Source: Candidatus Aminicenantes bacterium
Lineage (GTDB): Bacteria; Acidobacteriota; Aminicenantia; Aminicenantales; UBA4085
DNA length: 64,000 nt
Direction of reading: 5' to 3'
NCBI GenBank assembly: GCA_963715635.1
Contig: OY970261.1
Coordinates: 1,994,471 to 2,058,470 of the forward strand
The position numbers and the translations under genes were made by a program. Numbering within the stretch: position 1 is the stretch's first letter; each line of letters begins with the position of its first letter. The notes under the pieces were generated by a model, which saw only the letters and a list, made by a program, of their open reading frames with translations, ran no database searches and had not been told where the DNA came from. Below, piece by piece: positions 10,671-20,654 of this stretch.

Positions 10671-11891
10671 TTATGATAAGACACGGAAAATGACCAGGAC
10701 CAGGAGCGCCGCACAAAAAACGACGCTGACCGGCCAAATGAGGATCTTATAGACGTCGCGAAGCTCGGCCTTGAAATAATCCGCAGTCAACGCCAGGCAG
10801 AGATGAGCCGGCGACAGCAGGATGCCGACAAAGCCGCTGACATAGGCGAACATGAGCAGAACCATGTCCGGATGCCCTTTGCCGATAATCGGCACGAGCA
10901 GAGGAAAGGCGATGGCCACAAACGCCTGGTTGACGCCTGTCAGCAGGCCGACGAAAAAGGGCGCTCCGAACAGGAGAAGATAGGCCGAAACGCCGTGAGG
11001 CGGAAAGACACGGACCACGGAATCCAACGCTCCCGAGACCTCCAGGACTCTCTTGAAGACCATGAGAGAAGCGGTGAGCAGGACGATCTTCAACGAAACG
11101 CTCTTGACAATGAGATCGACTCGCTCCCGCCACTTCATCCTGGAAAAAACTTGAGTCAACAGGCTGGACACCGCGAGCGCCAGCAGCATGTTGAGCTTGA
11201 AGACGAAAATCAGAATGATCGTCAGGAAAATCGGCCAAATGCTGAAGAAGACTTTAAAGGTATCCGTCCAACTTTTCGGGCTATTGGTCTCACGGGGCAG
11301 AAAAGGCACATGCCGGAAAAGAATGACCAGACCGGCGCCTGCGGCGATCACCGTGAAAGCGAATTGATGCAGGCAGATGCTGATGATGGGGACCTGGACA
11401 ATCGCTGCGGCCAGGATCAGGTTGACATAGAGAGGCCAACTGTATTCCCAGATATGCCGGAACCAGTAATTAAAGAACGTCTTCCAGGCTGGCGTCAATT
11501 TCCAACGCTGGGCCGCCTCTTCAACGATCGGCGCGCCCATCATGGCCCCGGCCGTCATCGGCAACAGCCCGATGAATGCGGATGGGATCGCCAGGATCAG
11601 GCGCGGGTCGCGGACCAGATTCTTCAGGGCGTCCACCATTCTGCGGAAATGCCCGCCGGCCTGAAGAACGTCGCCCAGGTAAAGGACAAGGACCAGGATG
11701 CCGACGAGGCTCAGGGTTTCGCCGGCCACGAGCGCCCCCATCACATTTTTCACGAAGATCTTGAGATTGAGCCCAAATAGGACCGCAGTCAGAACCGAAT
11801 CGAGGAAGAGCGCCAGGCCCAGGTCCCACTTGATCTTGATGAGAAAAAGAAGGACGAAGATGATGGCGGCGATCTTGAGCAGGACGATCAT
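10671..11891 (-). CDS. DUF401 family membrane protein (putative transporter)
   Basis: About 406 aa, polytopic; PSAFIGLLPMTAGAM, NYWFRHIWEYSWPLY, LSPAHLCL motifs. Confidence 0.75.
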   Translation of the reverse strand: MIVLLKIAAIIFVLLFLIKIKWDLGLALFLDSVLTAVLFGLNLKIFVKNVMGALVAGETLSLVGILVLVLYLGDVLQAGGHFRRMVDALKNLVRDPRLILAIPSAFIGLLPMTAGAMMGAPIVEEAAQRWKLTPAWKTFFNYWFRHIWEYSWPLYVNLILAAAIVQVPIISICLHQFAFTVIAAGAGLVILFRHVPFLPRETNSPKSWTDTFKVFFSIWPIFLTIILIFVFKLNMLLALAVSSLLTQVFSRMKWRERVDLIVKSVSLKIVLLTASLMVFKRVLEVSGALDSVVRVFPPHGVSAYLLLFGAPFFVGLLTGVNQAFVAIAFPLLVPIIGKGHPDMVLLMFAYVSGFVGILLSPAHLCLALTADYFKAELRDVYKILIWPVSVVFCAALLVLVIFRVLS

Positions 11892-11990
11892 TTTACAATA
11901 CTCGCAAGGCCATGGCCAGGAGCGAAGCGACACGGCCTTCCCGCCTTTGGGAAGCGCCATCCGTCCTTCGTCGGCACGCGATGGCTATGG

Positions 11991-12653
11991 TCACATCGAT
12001 TTGACGATTCGTTCGGTGAGCTTGAAGTGTATCTTGGCCGCTTTGGCCAAGGCTTCGATCCCCTGCAGCTTGACGAGCTTCAGCCCCGTTTCTTCCGCCA
12101 GCGGCGAGGACCCTTTGGGAAGGTCCACCCCCAAGTCCTTGGACAAGAAATACAGCCTTTTCAAAAATTCCGCCCGGGCCAGGATCGAGGCCGCCGCGAC
12201 CGCCAGGTCCTCTTCGGCCTTCGGCCGTTGGATGAGTTCGATCGCTCTGCCCTTTTTCATCAAGGCATTGACCACGTAGAGCCGGTCGCCGAACTGGTCT
12301 GTGATGGCCTGGCTGCTGGGGACTTTGGCCAGGATGTTTTCGATCACCCGGGCGTGGCCCCAGGCCAATAACTTGTTGAGGTTCCTGAGCTTTTCGTAAA
12401 GCTCATTGTATTTTTCCGGGCCGATGGCGACGATCGAATGCGTGTAGCCCTGCTTGAGGATTTCTGCCAGTTCTCGGACCCGGTTGTCCGAGAGGCCTTT
12501 GCAATCCTTGACCCCCAGCTCACGGAGAACACTCTGCTGCTTGTCCTCGAGGAAAACGCCGGCGATGACGAGCGGGCCGAAATAATCCCCCTTGCCGGAT
12601 TCGTCCGTGCCGATGTGTCCCTTGACCGGCGGAAAGAGCTCAGGCTGGTGCAT
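11991..12653 (-). CDS. rnhC: ribonuclease HIII, short form lacking the N-terminal TBP-like domain
   Basis: HIGTDESGKGDYFGPLV, LGVKDCK, YNELY..NLNKLLAWGH, ITDQF, VAAASILAR, LPKGS, AKIHFK. Confidence 0.85.
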   Translation of the reverse strand: MHQPELFPPVKGHIGTDESGKGDYFGPLVIAGVFLEDKQQSVLRELGVKDCKGLSDNRVRELAEILKQGYTHSIVAIGPEKYNELYEKLRNLNKLLAWGHARVIENILAKVPSSQAITDQFGDRLYVVNALMKKGRAIELIQRPKAEEDLAVAAASILARAEFLKRLYFLSKDLGVDLPKGSSPLAEETGLKLVKLQGIEALAKAAKIHFKLTERIVKSM

Positions 12654-12667
12654 GCCGATGGCGGGCT

Positions 12668-13510
12668 TTACGTATGGCCAGTGTACATCTGCGCATGCAA
12701 CCGCTGTAAAGCCTGTTTCTCCTCATTGAGAAATGCGGCCTGTCGTTCCTGCAATTCGTGGAAATCGACCTGATGAGCATCGAACTCCGGACCATCCACA
12801 CATGCGAACCGGGTCCTTCCCCCAACGTTCACCCGGCAGGCCCCGCACATGCCCATTCCGTCTACCATGATCGGGTTCAAGCTGACGATCGTCTTGATGT
12901 TGAACGGCCTGGTGGTATCAGCCACCGTGCGCATCATCACGGTCGGGCCGATGGCATAGACGATGTCAAACGGATGCCCTTGATCAACCAGGATCTTAAC
13001 CATATCGCAGGCGAAGCACTTCTGGCCCCTCGATCCATCGTCGGTGGATAGATAAAGCTCATCGGCCGCCTGGCTGGTTTCCTTCTCAAGGATCAGCATG
13101 TCGGCCGACTTGGCCGCGATAATCGCGACAACCCTGTTCCCCGCTTTCTTCATGGCCTTGATGATGGGGAGGGCGGGAGCTGCGCCTACACCTCCCCCGA
13201 CAACACAGACTTGACCATATTTCTTGACCTCACTGGGATTCCCCAAAGGTCCGCAGACATCTATAATTTCATCGCCCACGTTTAGCGCGCCCATTTTCTC
13301 GGTGGAGGCTCCCACCTCTTGGAAAATCAGGGTCAAGGTCCCTTTCTGCCCGTCCCAATCTGCCAAGGTCAAGGGAATTCGCTCGGCCTTATCATCCACC
13401 CTCAGGATCACGAACTGCCCCGCCTGAGCTTTCTCTGCGACAGCCGGCGCCTCCACCGCGATCAGCTTGATTTTCCGCGCCAATTCTCTTTTTGCAACAA
13501 TCTTATGCAT
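12668..13510 (-). CDS. nfnA: NfnA/SudB-type FAD/NAD-binding [2Fe-2S] subunit of ferredoxin:NADP+ transhydrogenase
   Basis: AGQFVILR..ERIPLT, GPLG, VGGGVG, IGPTVMM, MVDGMGMCGACRV...CVDGPEF. Confidence 0.88.
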   Translation of the reverse strand: MHKIVAKRELARKIKLIAVEAPAVAEKAQAGQFVILRVDDKAERIPLTLADWDGQKGTLTLIFQEVGASTEKMGALNVGDEIIDVCGPLGNPSEVKKYGQVCVVGGGVGAAPALPIIKAMKKAGNRVVAIIAAKSADMLILEKETSQAADELYLSTDDGSRGQKCFACDMVKILVDQGHPFDIVYAIGPTVMMRTVADTTRPFNIKTIVSLNPIMVDGMGMCGACRVNVGGRTRFACVDGPEFDAHQVDFHELQERQAAFLNEEKQALQRLHAQMYTGHT

Positions 13511-13652
13511 AACTTACTAACCTTCCCGTGATTTTATTAAGGCCAAAAGTCTACCTCAATCTACTATAAAATGCAAAAATCTTTTTGTCGCCGAACTACT
13601 CGCTGGAACGATTGTATCAATAAGTCTTCTTCCATTTCGTGTGGGTTGAAAA

Positions 13653-13719
13653 GGGAGACGATCCGGGAACGGCGTGAAAAACCCGGATGGGGAGCGAAGC
13701 CGTCTCTGAATCGTCTCCC
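13653..13719. terminator. intergenic stem-loop downstream of the CoA-transferase gene
   Basis: GGGAGACGAT (13653) ... ATCGTCTCCC (13719) perfect 10-bp outer stem with inner ACGGC/GCCGT pairing. Confidence 0.45.
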
Positions 13720-13727
13720 AGGCGATT

Positions 13728-15026
13728 TTACTTGATTAGGTTGCGGTTCTTTGCTTCCCAGATGAGATCAGCCCGGAACTTGGGATGGGCGATGTTGATC
13801 AGGGCTTTGGTCCGTTCCTGCAGGTTCTTGCCATGGAGATAAGCCACGCCGTATTCGGTGACGATATAGTGGACATCGCCGCGAGTCGTCACGACGCCCG
13901 CGCCCTGCTTCAAAAAGGGGACGATCCTCGTCATCTCCCCCTCCTTGGCCGTCGAGGGCATGGCGATGATCGGCTTTCCGCCTTTGGAATGGGCGGCGCC
14001 GCGGATGAAGTCCACCTGTCCGCCGAAGCCGCTGTAGATGTACGTTCCGATCGAATCCGAGCAGACCTGGCCGGTGATATCGACCTCGATGGCCGAATTG
14101 ATGGCGATCATATTGTCGTTCTGCGCGATAAGGAAGGGATGGTTGACATAATCCGTCGGATGCGCCTCAATGACGGGGTTGTTGTCGATGAATTCATAGA
14201 GCCGCGAGCTTCCCAGGGCGAAGGTAATGACGACCTTGTTGGGATGGAACGTTTTCTTGGCGCCGGTGATGATGCCCTTCTCGATGGCCTCCATGACGCC
14301 GTCCGAAAGCATCTCGGTATGGATGCCCAAATCGCGCCGGTTGCTGAGCGAGGCGAGGACAGCATCCGGAATGCCTCCAATGCCCAGCTGTAGCGTGCTG
14401 CCGTCATCGATCAGGTCGGCGATGTATTTGCCGATCTTCATCTCCACTTCCGTGGCCGGGCTATTCTCCAGCTGCGGCAGCGGCTCGTCCACTTCGACGA
14501 TCTTGTGGACTCGGGAGACGTGGATGAAGGAATCGCCCAGCACCCGCGGCATTTTGTCGTTGACCTGGGCGATCACGATCCTGGCCGTTTCCGCAGCCGC
14601 TTTAGACGCCAGCACTTCGACGGACAAGCTCATGAATCCGTGCTCGTCCGGAGGGGACAAATGCAGCACGGCCACGTCGATCGGCAGCAGGCCCTTCTTG
14701 AACAGGCCCGGAATCTGGTGCAGGAAAATGGGGACATAATCGGCCCGCCCCTCGTTGATCGCTTTTCGATCTGCCGGCCCGACGAACAGCGAATTGTGGC
14801 GGAAATGTCCTTCCATATCGGGCTTGGAGAGAGGGTCTTCGCCGAGGAGAAGGACGTGGGTGAGCTCGACGTCCTCCAGCTCGTCCTTTCTCTTGGCCAG
14901 GGCCTTCATCAAGACATAAGGTGTGGCAGCGTTTCCGCTGATATACACGCGGTCATGACTTTTAACGACGGACACGGCTTCTTCGGCCGTGCACAAATTT
15001 TTTTTATAATCATCGACCCAACTCAT
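13728..15026 (-). CDS. acetyl-CoA hydrolase/transferase family CoA-transferase (4-hydroxybutyrate/acetate CoA-transferase-like)
   Basis: TLQLGIGGIPDAV, LGIHTEM (catalytic Glu), SGFGGQVDFIRGA, IVTEYGVA, IAHPKFR. Confidence 0.9.
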   Translation of the reverse strand: MSWVDDYKKNLCTAEEAVSVVKSHDRVYISGNAATPYVLMKALAKRKDELEDVELTHVLLLGEDPLSKPDMEGHFRHNSLFVGPADRKAINEGRADYVPIFLHQIPGLFKKGLLPIDVAVLHLSPPDEHGFMSLSVEVLASKAAAETARIVIAQVNDKMPRVLGDSFIHVSRVHKIVEVDEPLPQLENSPATEVEMKIGKYIADLIDDGSTLQLGIGGIPDAVLASLSNRRDLGIHTEMLSDGVMEAIEKGIITGAKKTFHPNKVVITFALGSSRLYEFIDNNPVIEAHPTDYVNHPFLIAQNDNMIAINSAIEVDITGQVCSDSIGTYIYSGFGGQVDFIRGAAHSKGGKPIIAMPSTAKEGEMTRIVPFLKQGAGVVTTRGDVHYIVTEYGVAYLHGKNLQERTKALINIAHPKFRADLIWEAKNRNLIK

Positions 15027-15099
15027 TTAAACCTCCAAACTGTATGAGCAATTTGTCTTAAACAAAAAATAGCGATAAAGACGGCTCCTTGCTCGCTGT

Positions 15100-16614
15100 T
15101 TATGGCGTATGTTTTCCTACGTTCAATAAATATTTATGCATTTCCGAGGCCGCCACGCGTCCATCGCCCATGGCCAGGATGACCGTGGCTCCGCCGCGGA
15201 CGATGTCCCCGCCGGCATAGACGCCTTCCAAGCTGGTGGCCATGGTCTTCCAATCCACGTCGATGTTGCCCCACTTCCCCATTTTCAGCCCGGGGATCGT
15301 CTGGGGGATGAGCGGATTCGGGCTCTGGCCGATGGCCACAACGACCAGGTCCACGTCGGTGACGAATTCCGAGCCCTTGACCGGGACCGGCCGGCGCCGA
15401 CCCGATGTGTCGGGCTCGCCGAGCTCCATGCGCAGGCATTCCATGGATTTGACCCGGCCCTTGCCGTCGCCGACATAACGGATCGGCGAGGTCAGAAAAT
15501 GGAATTTGATGCCTTCTTCCTCGGCGTGCTTAACTTCCTCGATACGGGCGGGCATTTCCTGGCGGGAGCGGCGGTAGATAATGATTGCCCGCTCCGCGCC
15601 CAGCCGCTTGGCCGTCCGCACCGAATCCATGGCCACGTTGCCGCCGCCGATGACGGCGGCACACTTGGCTTTATACACGGGTGTATCGTAGTTCGGAAAA
15701 TCATAGGCTTTCATCAGGTTGACACGGGTCAGATATTCATTGGCCGAGAAAACGCCGACCAGGTTCTCCCCGGGGATCCTCATGAAATTCGGGAGGCCCG
15801 CTCCCGAACCGACGAAAAAGGCCTCGTAGCCTTCGGCCTTGAGGTCGTCGATCGTGGCCGTCTTGCCCACGACGAAACTCGTCCGGATCTCGACGCCGAG
15901 TCTCTGAAGGTAATCGACTTCGGCCTTCAGGATGGACTTGGGCAAGCGGAACTCCGGAATGCCGTAGACGAGCACTCCGCCGGAGATGTGGAGCGCTTCG
16001 AAGATCGTGACCTGGTGCCCCAGCTTGGCCAAGTCGCCGGCCACGGTCAAACCAGCCGGGCCGGCGCCGATCACGGCCGCCTTCTTCCCCGTCGGCGGCG
16101 GGATGGGAGGCAGGTTGACTGTGCCGCTCCCGCGCTCAAAATCAGCCACGAACCGCTCCAGGTTCCCGATGGCCACAGGAATGCCCGTGCCCTTCTTCAT
16201 GGTACAGACTTCCTCGCATTGCGTTTCTTGGGGACAGACACGGCCGCAGATGGCCGGCAGCGAGTTGGTCTCCTTGATTTTCCAGACCGCTTCGAGGAAG
16301 CTGCCCTTTTCAACCAGTTTGACGAAGCTCGGTATGTCGATGCCGACCGGGCAGCCGGCCACACACTGAGGGTTGGCGCAATCCATGCAGCGCCGGGCTT
16401 CGGCTATCGCGGCTTCGGGACCGAGGCCGAGGTTGACCTCCTTAAAAACTTTGTTCCGCTCCTCGGGCTCCCGCTCCGGCATTTTCTGGCGCGGCAGTTT
16501 CATCCGCTCTTTGACGGCCATGGCCTTGCGCTGCGCTTTCCGCCATTCCTTGTCATATTCTGCTTTCAGTCGCGCTTTTTGTTCGGGGGAAATGTCCTTT
16601 TTCTCGTCTGCCAT
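15100..16614 (-). CDS. nfnB: NfnB/SudA-type (GltD-like) NADPH-dependent oxidoreductase large subunit
   Basis: EARRCMDC..CVAGCPV, CGRVCPQETQCE, IGAGPAG, YGIPEFRLPK, GGGNVAMD, AGGDIVRGGATVILAMGDG. Confidence 0.88.
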   Translation of the reverse strand: MADEKKDISPEQKARLKAEYDKEWRKAQRKAMAVKERMKLPRQKMPEREPEERNKVFKEVNLGLGPEAAIAEARRCMDCANPQCVAGCPVGIDIPSFVKLVEKGSFLEAVWKIKETNSLPAICGRVCPQETQCEEVCTMKKGTGIPVAIGNLERFVADFERGSGTVNLPPIPPPTGKKAAVIGAGPAGLTVAGDLAKLGHQVTIFEALHISGGVLVYGIPEFRLPKSILKAEVDYLQRLGVEIRTSFVVGKTATIDDLKAEGYEAFFVGSGAGLPNFMRIPGENLVGVFSANEYLTRVNLMKAYDFPNYDTPVYKAKCAAVIGGGNVAMDSVRTAKRLGAERAIIIYRRSRQEMPARIEEVKHAEEEGIKFHFLTSPIRYVGDGKGRVKSMECLRMELGEPDTSGRRRPVPVKGSEFVTDVDLVVVAIGQSPNPLIPQTIPGLKMGKWGNIDVDWKTMATSLEGVYAGGDIVRGGATVILAMGDGRVAASEMHKYLLNVGKHTP

Positions 16615-18851
16615 TATCGTCCTCGGATCAATCGTAGCTCTTGAATATCACGGCTCATATCCAAGCCTTTGTAGACGTCGGGGTCGGAGGCAAAGCCCCG
16701 TGCGGGAGTCTCGCTCATGGGGACACCGGACACTGCAAATTTTTTGATGTCGGTCCTCGCGTCCAGGAGAAAGGTCTCATGACTGACATGGTCGCGGCTC
16801 ATCCCTCGGAACGCCGGGACCTGTCCGGACAGCTCATGAAAGACGTCGGAGGTATTTTTGTAGGCAAAGCCCTCCAATCCCATTTTCCGGGCGAGCTCGA
16901 AAATGATCTGCCAGCCGGACTTGGATTCTCCCATCGGCTCTACCGCACGCTCAAATTTCTGCAGCCGGCCTTCGATATTGACAAAAGTGCCATCGCTTTC
17001 GGCAAACGTCGCCTGCGGCAGGATGACATCGGCGATGTGGCTGTTTTTATTTCGATAGCTGTCCTGGACAACAACGAATTCCGCAGGCTTCTTACCAAAG
17101 GCGGGCCATGGCCCGGCCAGATAGAGCGTTTGATAAACAGGCCGGTCGGCCCCCTGATCCGTTGACCCCGGATGATCATCGATCCTTTGAAAAAAAGCCG
17201 AAATCTCCAAAGCTCCGCGGGTATTGCATTCCGAATCCAGAGGAATCATCGTTCCCTGCGTCTGGAGAGCCAGGTTCCAAAGGGCGGCCAGATTGGCAGG
17301 GCCTGACAGGCCTTCGCAGAATCCTGCGCCAAAAAGAAACGCGGGGGGCTTCCGTTTTTCGAGAAACAAAGCCAGCTTGAGCCATTTTTCTTGCGGGATT
17401 CCGAGAGAGGATAGGATGTCAAACACCTTGAAATCCAGCAAGCATTTCTTGAATTCGGGAAAGCCGTCGATCTTGGCGGCTTCCACGGAATTGTTGCTCT
17501 CGATAAGGACTTTGGAGAGGCCGCCGATCAAGGCCTGCTCCTGCCCGGGCTGGGTTTTGATCCAGGCCGATGCGCAGCGCTTGATGCAGAGCTCCTCCGG
17601 CCCGACGAGAATGAGCTTAGCCCCCTTCCGGATGGCACGATAAACCTCGAGCCAGATCATCGGCTGCGTGACCGGAAGGTTTTCGTCGAAGACGATGATC
17701 GACCTCGCCCGGCCTATGTCAGAAATTTTAAAATTCAGGGGCACCTCAAGATCCTGAGCTCTGCCGAAATTGCGCAGCCGGGCTTGGGGCGAACCAGCTT
17801 CCGCGCCCAGAATATGGTCTGTCTTTAATCCGTGGCGCCCGAACTTCTGGAAAGCATAAATATCCTCGCAGGAATCCTGGGCCGAACTCGCCATAGCGAT
17901 GGGCCTGGCCTCGGGGTCGGACAAGTTCTGGGCGACAACTTTCAAAGCCTCTTCCCACGAGCTCTCTTGGAGCCGGCCGTTTTTTCTGACCATGGGCTTG
18001 ACGATTCGGCTCTGATGATAAACCGCGTCCCGGACCAGGAACCGGCCCTTGACGCACGCCTGGCCTAGGTTGACGGAACCCATTTCCGCAGGCCTCGAGC
18101 GCAGGATCCTCCCCCGCTTCAGCTCGAGCGTCAGCTGGCAGCCTTGACCGCAGAACGCGCAGATGGAATTTTTCTCGGCGTCAAGAGCTGGCTCTGCGCT
18201 CGCGGCCTTTTCAGTCAGCGCTCCCGAAGGGCAGACATCGAGGCATGCCCCGCAGAATTGACAGTGGGAATCCATGAGACGGCGACCGAGCGCCGTTCCG
18301 ACTGCGGTTTTAGGCCCGCGGTTGATAAAGGCCAGCGCCGAGACTCCCCTCACCTCGGAGCAGATCCGGACACATCGGCCGCAAAGAATGCACAGGCTAT
18401 AATTGCGGTCAAAGAACGGATCGTCCGTCCGGATGTCTAGATTGCCGTCTAGAGGGGGAAAGCCGGAGCGATCCGGTTTCAAGTATTCGATGACCTTTTG
18501 TAGATCGCATCGGCTATCGTTCGGACCGGGGACGCAGGCCTTCTTCTGGCCGGGGATCAGGCCGGCACCGGGATGCTCGGAGAGGATGAGTTCGAGAATC
18601 TGACGGCGCACTTTCTGAAGGCCGGGGGTCGCCGCGGCGACTTCCATCCCGTCCTCGGCGTTTGTGGCGCAGGCAGACACGACACCTTTCCGGCCCTTGA
18701 TTTCGACGATACAAAGGCGGCAGCCCGCAAAGGGGACGAGCCGGGGATGATGACAAAGCGATGGAATGAAAATCCCATGATCGCGGGCGATCTCTAGAAT
18801 CGTCTTTTTTTCCGCGACGTCGATCCGCCGGCCATCAATCGTAATCTTCAT
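16614..18851 (-). CDS. NuoG / formate-dehydrogenase-alpha-like Fe-S protein without an evident Mo catalytic ligand
   Basis: Start reset to MKITIDG (18851, ATGA overlap); IPSLC..CRLCIVE..SAC [2Fe-2S]; CILCGRCVRIC and CQFCGACLDVCP; CAFCGQGC..CVKG; ADVILP..FAESDGTFVNIEGRLQ. Confidence 0.8.
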   Translation of the reverse strand: MKITIDGRRIDVAEKKTILEIARDHGIFIPSLCHHPRLVPFAGCRLCIVEIKGRKGVVSACATNAEDGMEVAAATPGLQKVRRQILELILSEHPGAGLIPGQKKACVPGPNDSRCDLQKVIEYLKPDRSGFPPLDGNLDIRTDDPFFDRNYSLCILCGRCVRICSEVRGVSALAFINRGPKTAVGTALGRRLMDSHCQFCGACLDVCPSGALTEKAASAEPALDAEKNSICAFCGQGCQLTLELKRGRILRSRPAEMGSVNLGQACVKGRFLVRDAVYHQSRIVKPMVRKNGRLQESSWEEALKVVAQNLSDPEARPIAMASSAQDSCEDIYAFQKFGRHGLKTDHILGAEAGSPQARLRNFGRAQDLEVPLNFKISDIGRARSIIVFDENLPVTQPMIWLEVYRAIRKGAKLILVGPEELCIKRCASAWIKTQPGQEQALIGGLSKVLIESNNSVEAAKIDGFPEFKKCLLDFKVFDILSSLGIPQEKWLKLALFLEKRKPPAFLFGAGFCEGLSGPANLAALWNLALQTQGTMIPLDSECNTRGALEISAFFQRIDDHPGSTDQGADRPVYQTLYLAGPWPAFGKKPAEFVVVQDSYRNKNSHIADVILPQATFAESDGTFVNIEGRLQKFERAVEPMGESKSGWQIIFELARKMGLEGFAYKNTSDVFHELSGQVPAFRGMSRDHVSHETFLLDARTDIKKFAVSGVPMSETPARGFASDPDVYKGLDMSRDIQELRLIRGR

Positions 18852-20587
18852 TTCGCTCGTCGTCCCGTTTTGCGCTTGGGAAGGATTTTGACCTTCTTCT
18901 TTCCCGCCGTTAAACCCCGGCAGACCCGCGCCGGGCAGTTTTTTTTCTTGATGTGAGCTTCGTATTCCTTCCGGAAGGCGCGGAGCAACGTCAGAACTGG
19001 GTTCGACGCAGTCTGGCCCAGGTCGCATAATGACGCCGTCTTGACGGTCTTCGCCAGTTCCTCGAGTCGTTCGATATCGCCGTCCCGTCCCTGGCCTTTC
19101 GTGATACGATCCAGCATACCGAACATCTGTCTTGTCCCGATGCGGCAGGGAGCGCACTTGCCGCAGGACTCCTCGTGGCTGAGCGCTAAAGAATGGCGGG
19201 CGACATCCACCATGCAGGTCCCTTCATCCATCACGAGCATCCCGCCCTTGCCCATCGTCGAGCCGGCCTGGGAGATGGCATCAAAGTCGACGGGAACGTT
19301 GATTCTTTCCGCAGGGATGAATCCTCCGGAAGGGCCGCCCGTCTGAACGGCCTTCAATTTTTTGTTGTCCTTGAGGCCGCCGCCGATATCAAAAATGATT
19401 TCCCGGAGCGTGGTTCCCATGGGGACTTCAATCGTTCCCGCGTGTTTGATGTTGCCGACCAGGGAAAAGATCTTGGTTCCCTTGCTCTTTTCGGTCCCGA
19501 TCCTCGTGTACCAATCCGCGCCCCTGTTGAGGATAATGGGCACATTGGCCCAGGTTTCGACGCTGTTGATATTTGTCGGCTTTCCCCACAAGCCCTCCTG
19601 GTCCGGATGCGGAGGCCTCTGTCGCGGAAATGCCTTCCGGCCTTCAAGGGCGGCCATCAGGGATATTTCGTTGACCGAGAGGAAATCTCCCGCGTCCTCG
19701 ACGATGCGGATGTCGAAATGAAATTCGGACCCGAAGATGGACTGGCCCAGCAGGCCGTGCTTCCGGGCCTGTTCCAAAGCCAGGCTGACGTGTTTTAGGG
19801 CCAAGGGATATTCCCTCCGGACGTACATGAATCCTTCGGAGGCGCCAACGGCGTAGGCGCCGATGAGCATGCCTTCGATCACGCTGTGAGGGTTTCCCTC
19901 CAAAAGGCTCCGGTCTATGAAGGCGCCGGGCTCGCTCCCGCCGGCATTGCAGACGATATATTTGGGATGCCCATGGGCCTCGCGGCAGAATCCCCATTTT
20001 CTCCCCGTCGAGAAGCCGGCGCCGTCCCGTCCCCTCAAGCCTGAAGCCGTTATCTCCGCGATGACGGCATCGGAGGTCATATCAAAGAGCGCTTTGGCCA
20101 ATGCCTGATAGCCGTCCAAAGCGATATAGTCCTCGATCCGTTCCGGGTTGACATGAAAATGATTTTCAGTCAACAGCCGCATCTGTTTCCGATAAAAGGG
20201 CAAGCTCTTCTGCTGAGGGATTTTGCGTCCGGTACCTGGATCTTCAACCGCCAGCGACGGCACGACCTTGTTTTTTAGAATGGTCTGGTCTATGATGGCC
20301 GGAATATCCTTGGCCTCGAGCTTTTTGTAGAATATGCCATCGGGATGGATGACGATACTCGGCTCCATCTCGCAGAAGCCGTGGCACCCCGTGACCGCGA
20401 TGCCCACGGCGTCTTGGAGTCCTCTCTCTTCCAGCTCCCGCCGCAGAGTCTCAAGCACCTTCAGGGCTCCGCTGGTCTGGCCGCACGTGCCCGCGGTGAC
20501 GGCAATCGTCTTTTGATACGAGGGCCGTTCTTCCAGGATTTTCATCTTCCACTCCGTGAGATGATTGGGGTGCGTCAGCATTCTCAT
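18848..20587 (-). CDS. NuoF/HydB-like flavoprotein subunit with degenerate NADH/FMN motifs
   Basis: N-terminal thioredoxin-like GCHGFC; SGLRGRDGAGFSTGRKW; PTNINSVET; QTGGPSGG; ESCGKCAPCRIG...SLCDLG. Confidence 0.82.
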   Translation of the reverse strand: MRMLTHPNHLTEWKMKILEERPSYQKTIAVTAGTCGQTSGALKVLETLRRELEERGLQDAVGIAVTGCHGFCEMEPSIVIHPDGIFYKKLEAKDIPAIIDQTILKNKVVPSLAVEDPGTGRKIPQQKSLPFYRKQMRLLTENHFHVNPERIEDYIALDGYQALAKALFDMTSDAVIAEITASGLRGRDGAGFSTGRKWGFCREAHGHPKYIVCNAGGSEPGAFIDRSLLEGNPHSVIEGMLIGAYAVGASEGFMYVRREYPLALKHVSLALEQARKHGLLGQSIFGSEFHFDIRIVEDAGDFLSVNEISLMAALEGRKAFPRQRPPHPDQEGLWGKPTNINSVETWANVPIILNRGADWYTRIGTEKSKGTKIFSLVGNIKHAGTIEVPMGTTLREIIFDIGGGLKDNKKLKAVQTGGPSGGFIPAERINVPVDFDAISQAGSTMGKGGMLVMDEGTCMVDVARHSLALSHEESCGKCAPCRIGTRQMFGMLDRITKGQGRDGDIERLEELAKTVKTASLCDLGQTASNPVLTLLRAFRKEYEAHIKKKNCPARVCRGLTAGKKKVKILPKRKTGRRAK

Positions 20588-20654
20588 GGCGGTTGCTCAC
20601 TCCATGTCCATTTCTTTCACAGGCTTAGGATTTGGTAATTTCAAACGAAAGGGA

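Noticed and set aside
15136-16644. 502-aa + strand ORF
   Set aside because: Antisense shadow of nfnB caused by GC-rich codon bias; no motifs
16614-18851. Selenocysteine formate dehydrogenase
   Set aside because: No in-frame TGA and no recognisable Cys/Sec-His catalytic motif
18852-19157. 102-aa N-terminal extension of the NuoG-like ORF
   Set aside because: Overlaps nuoF in another frame; true start is MKITIDG at 18851
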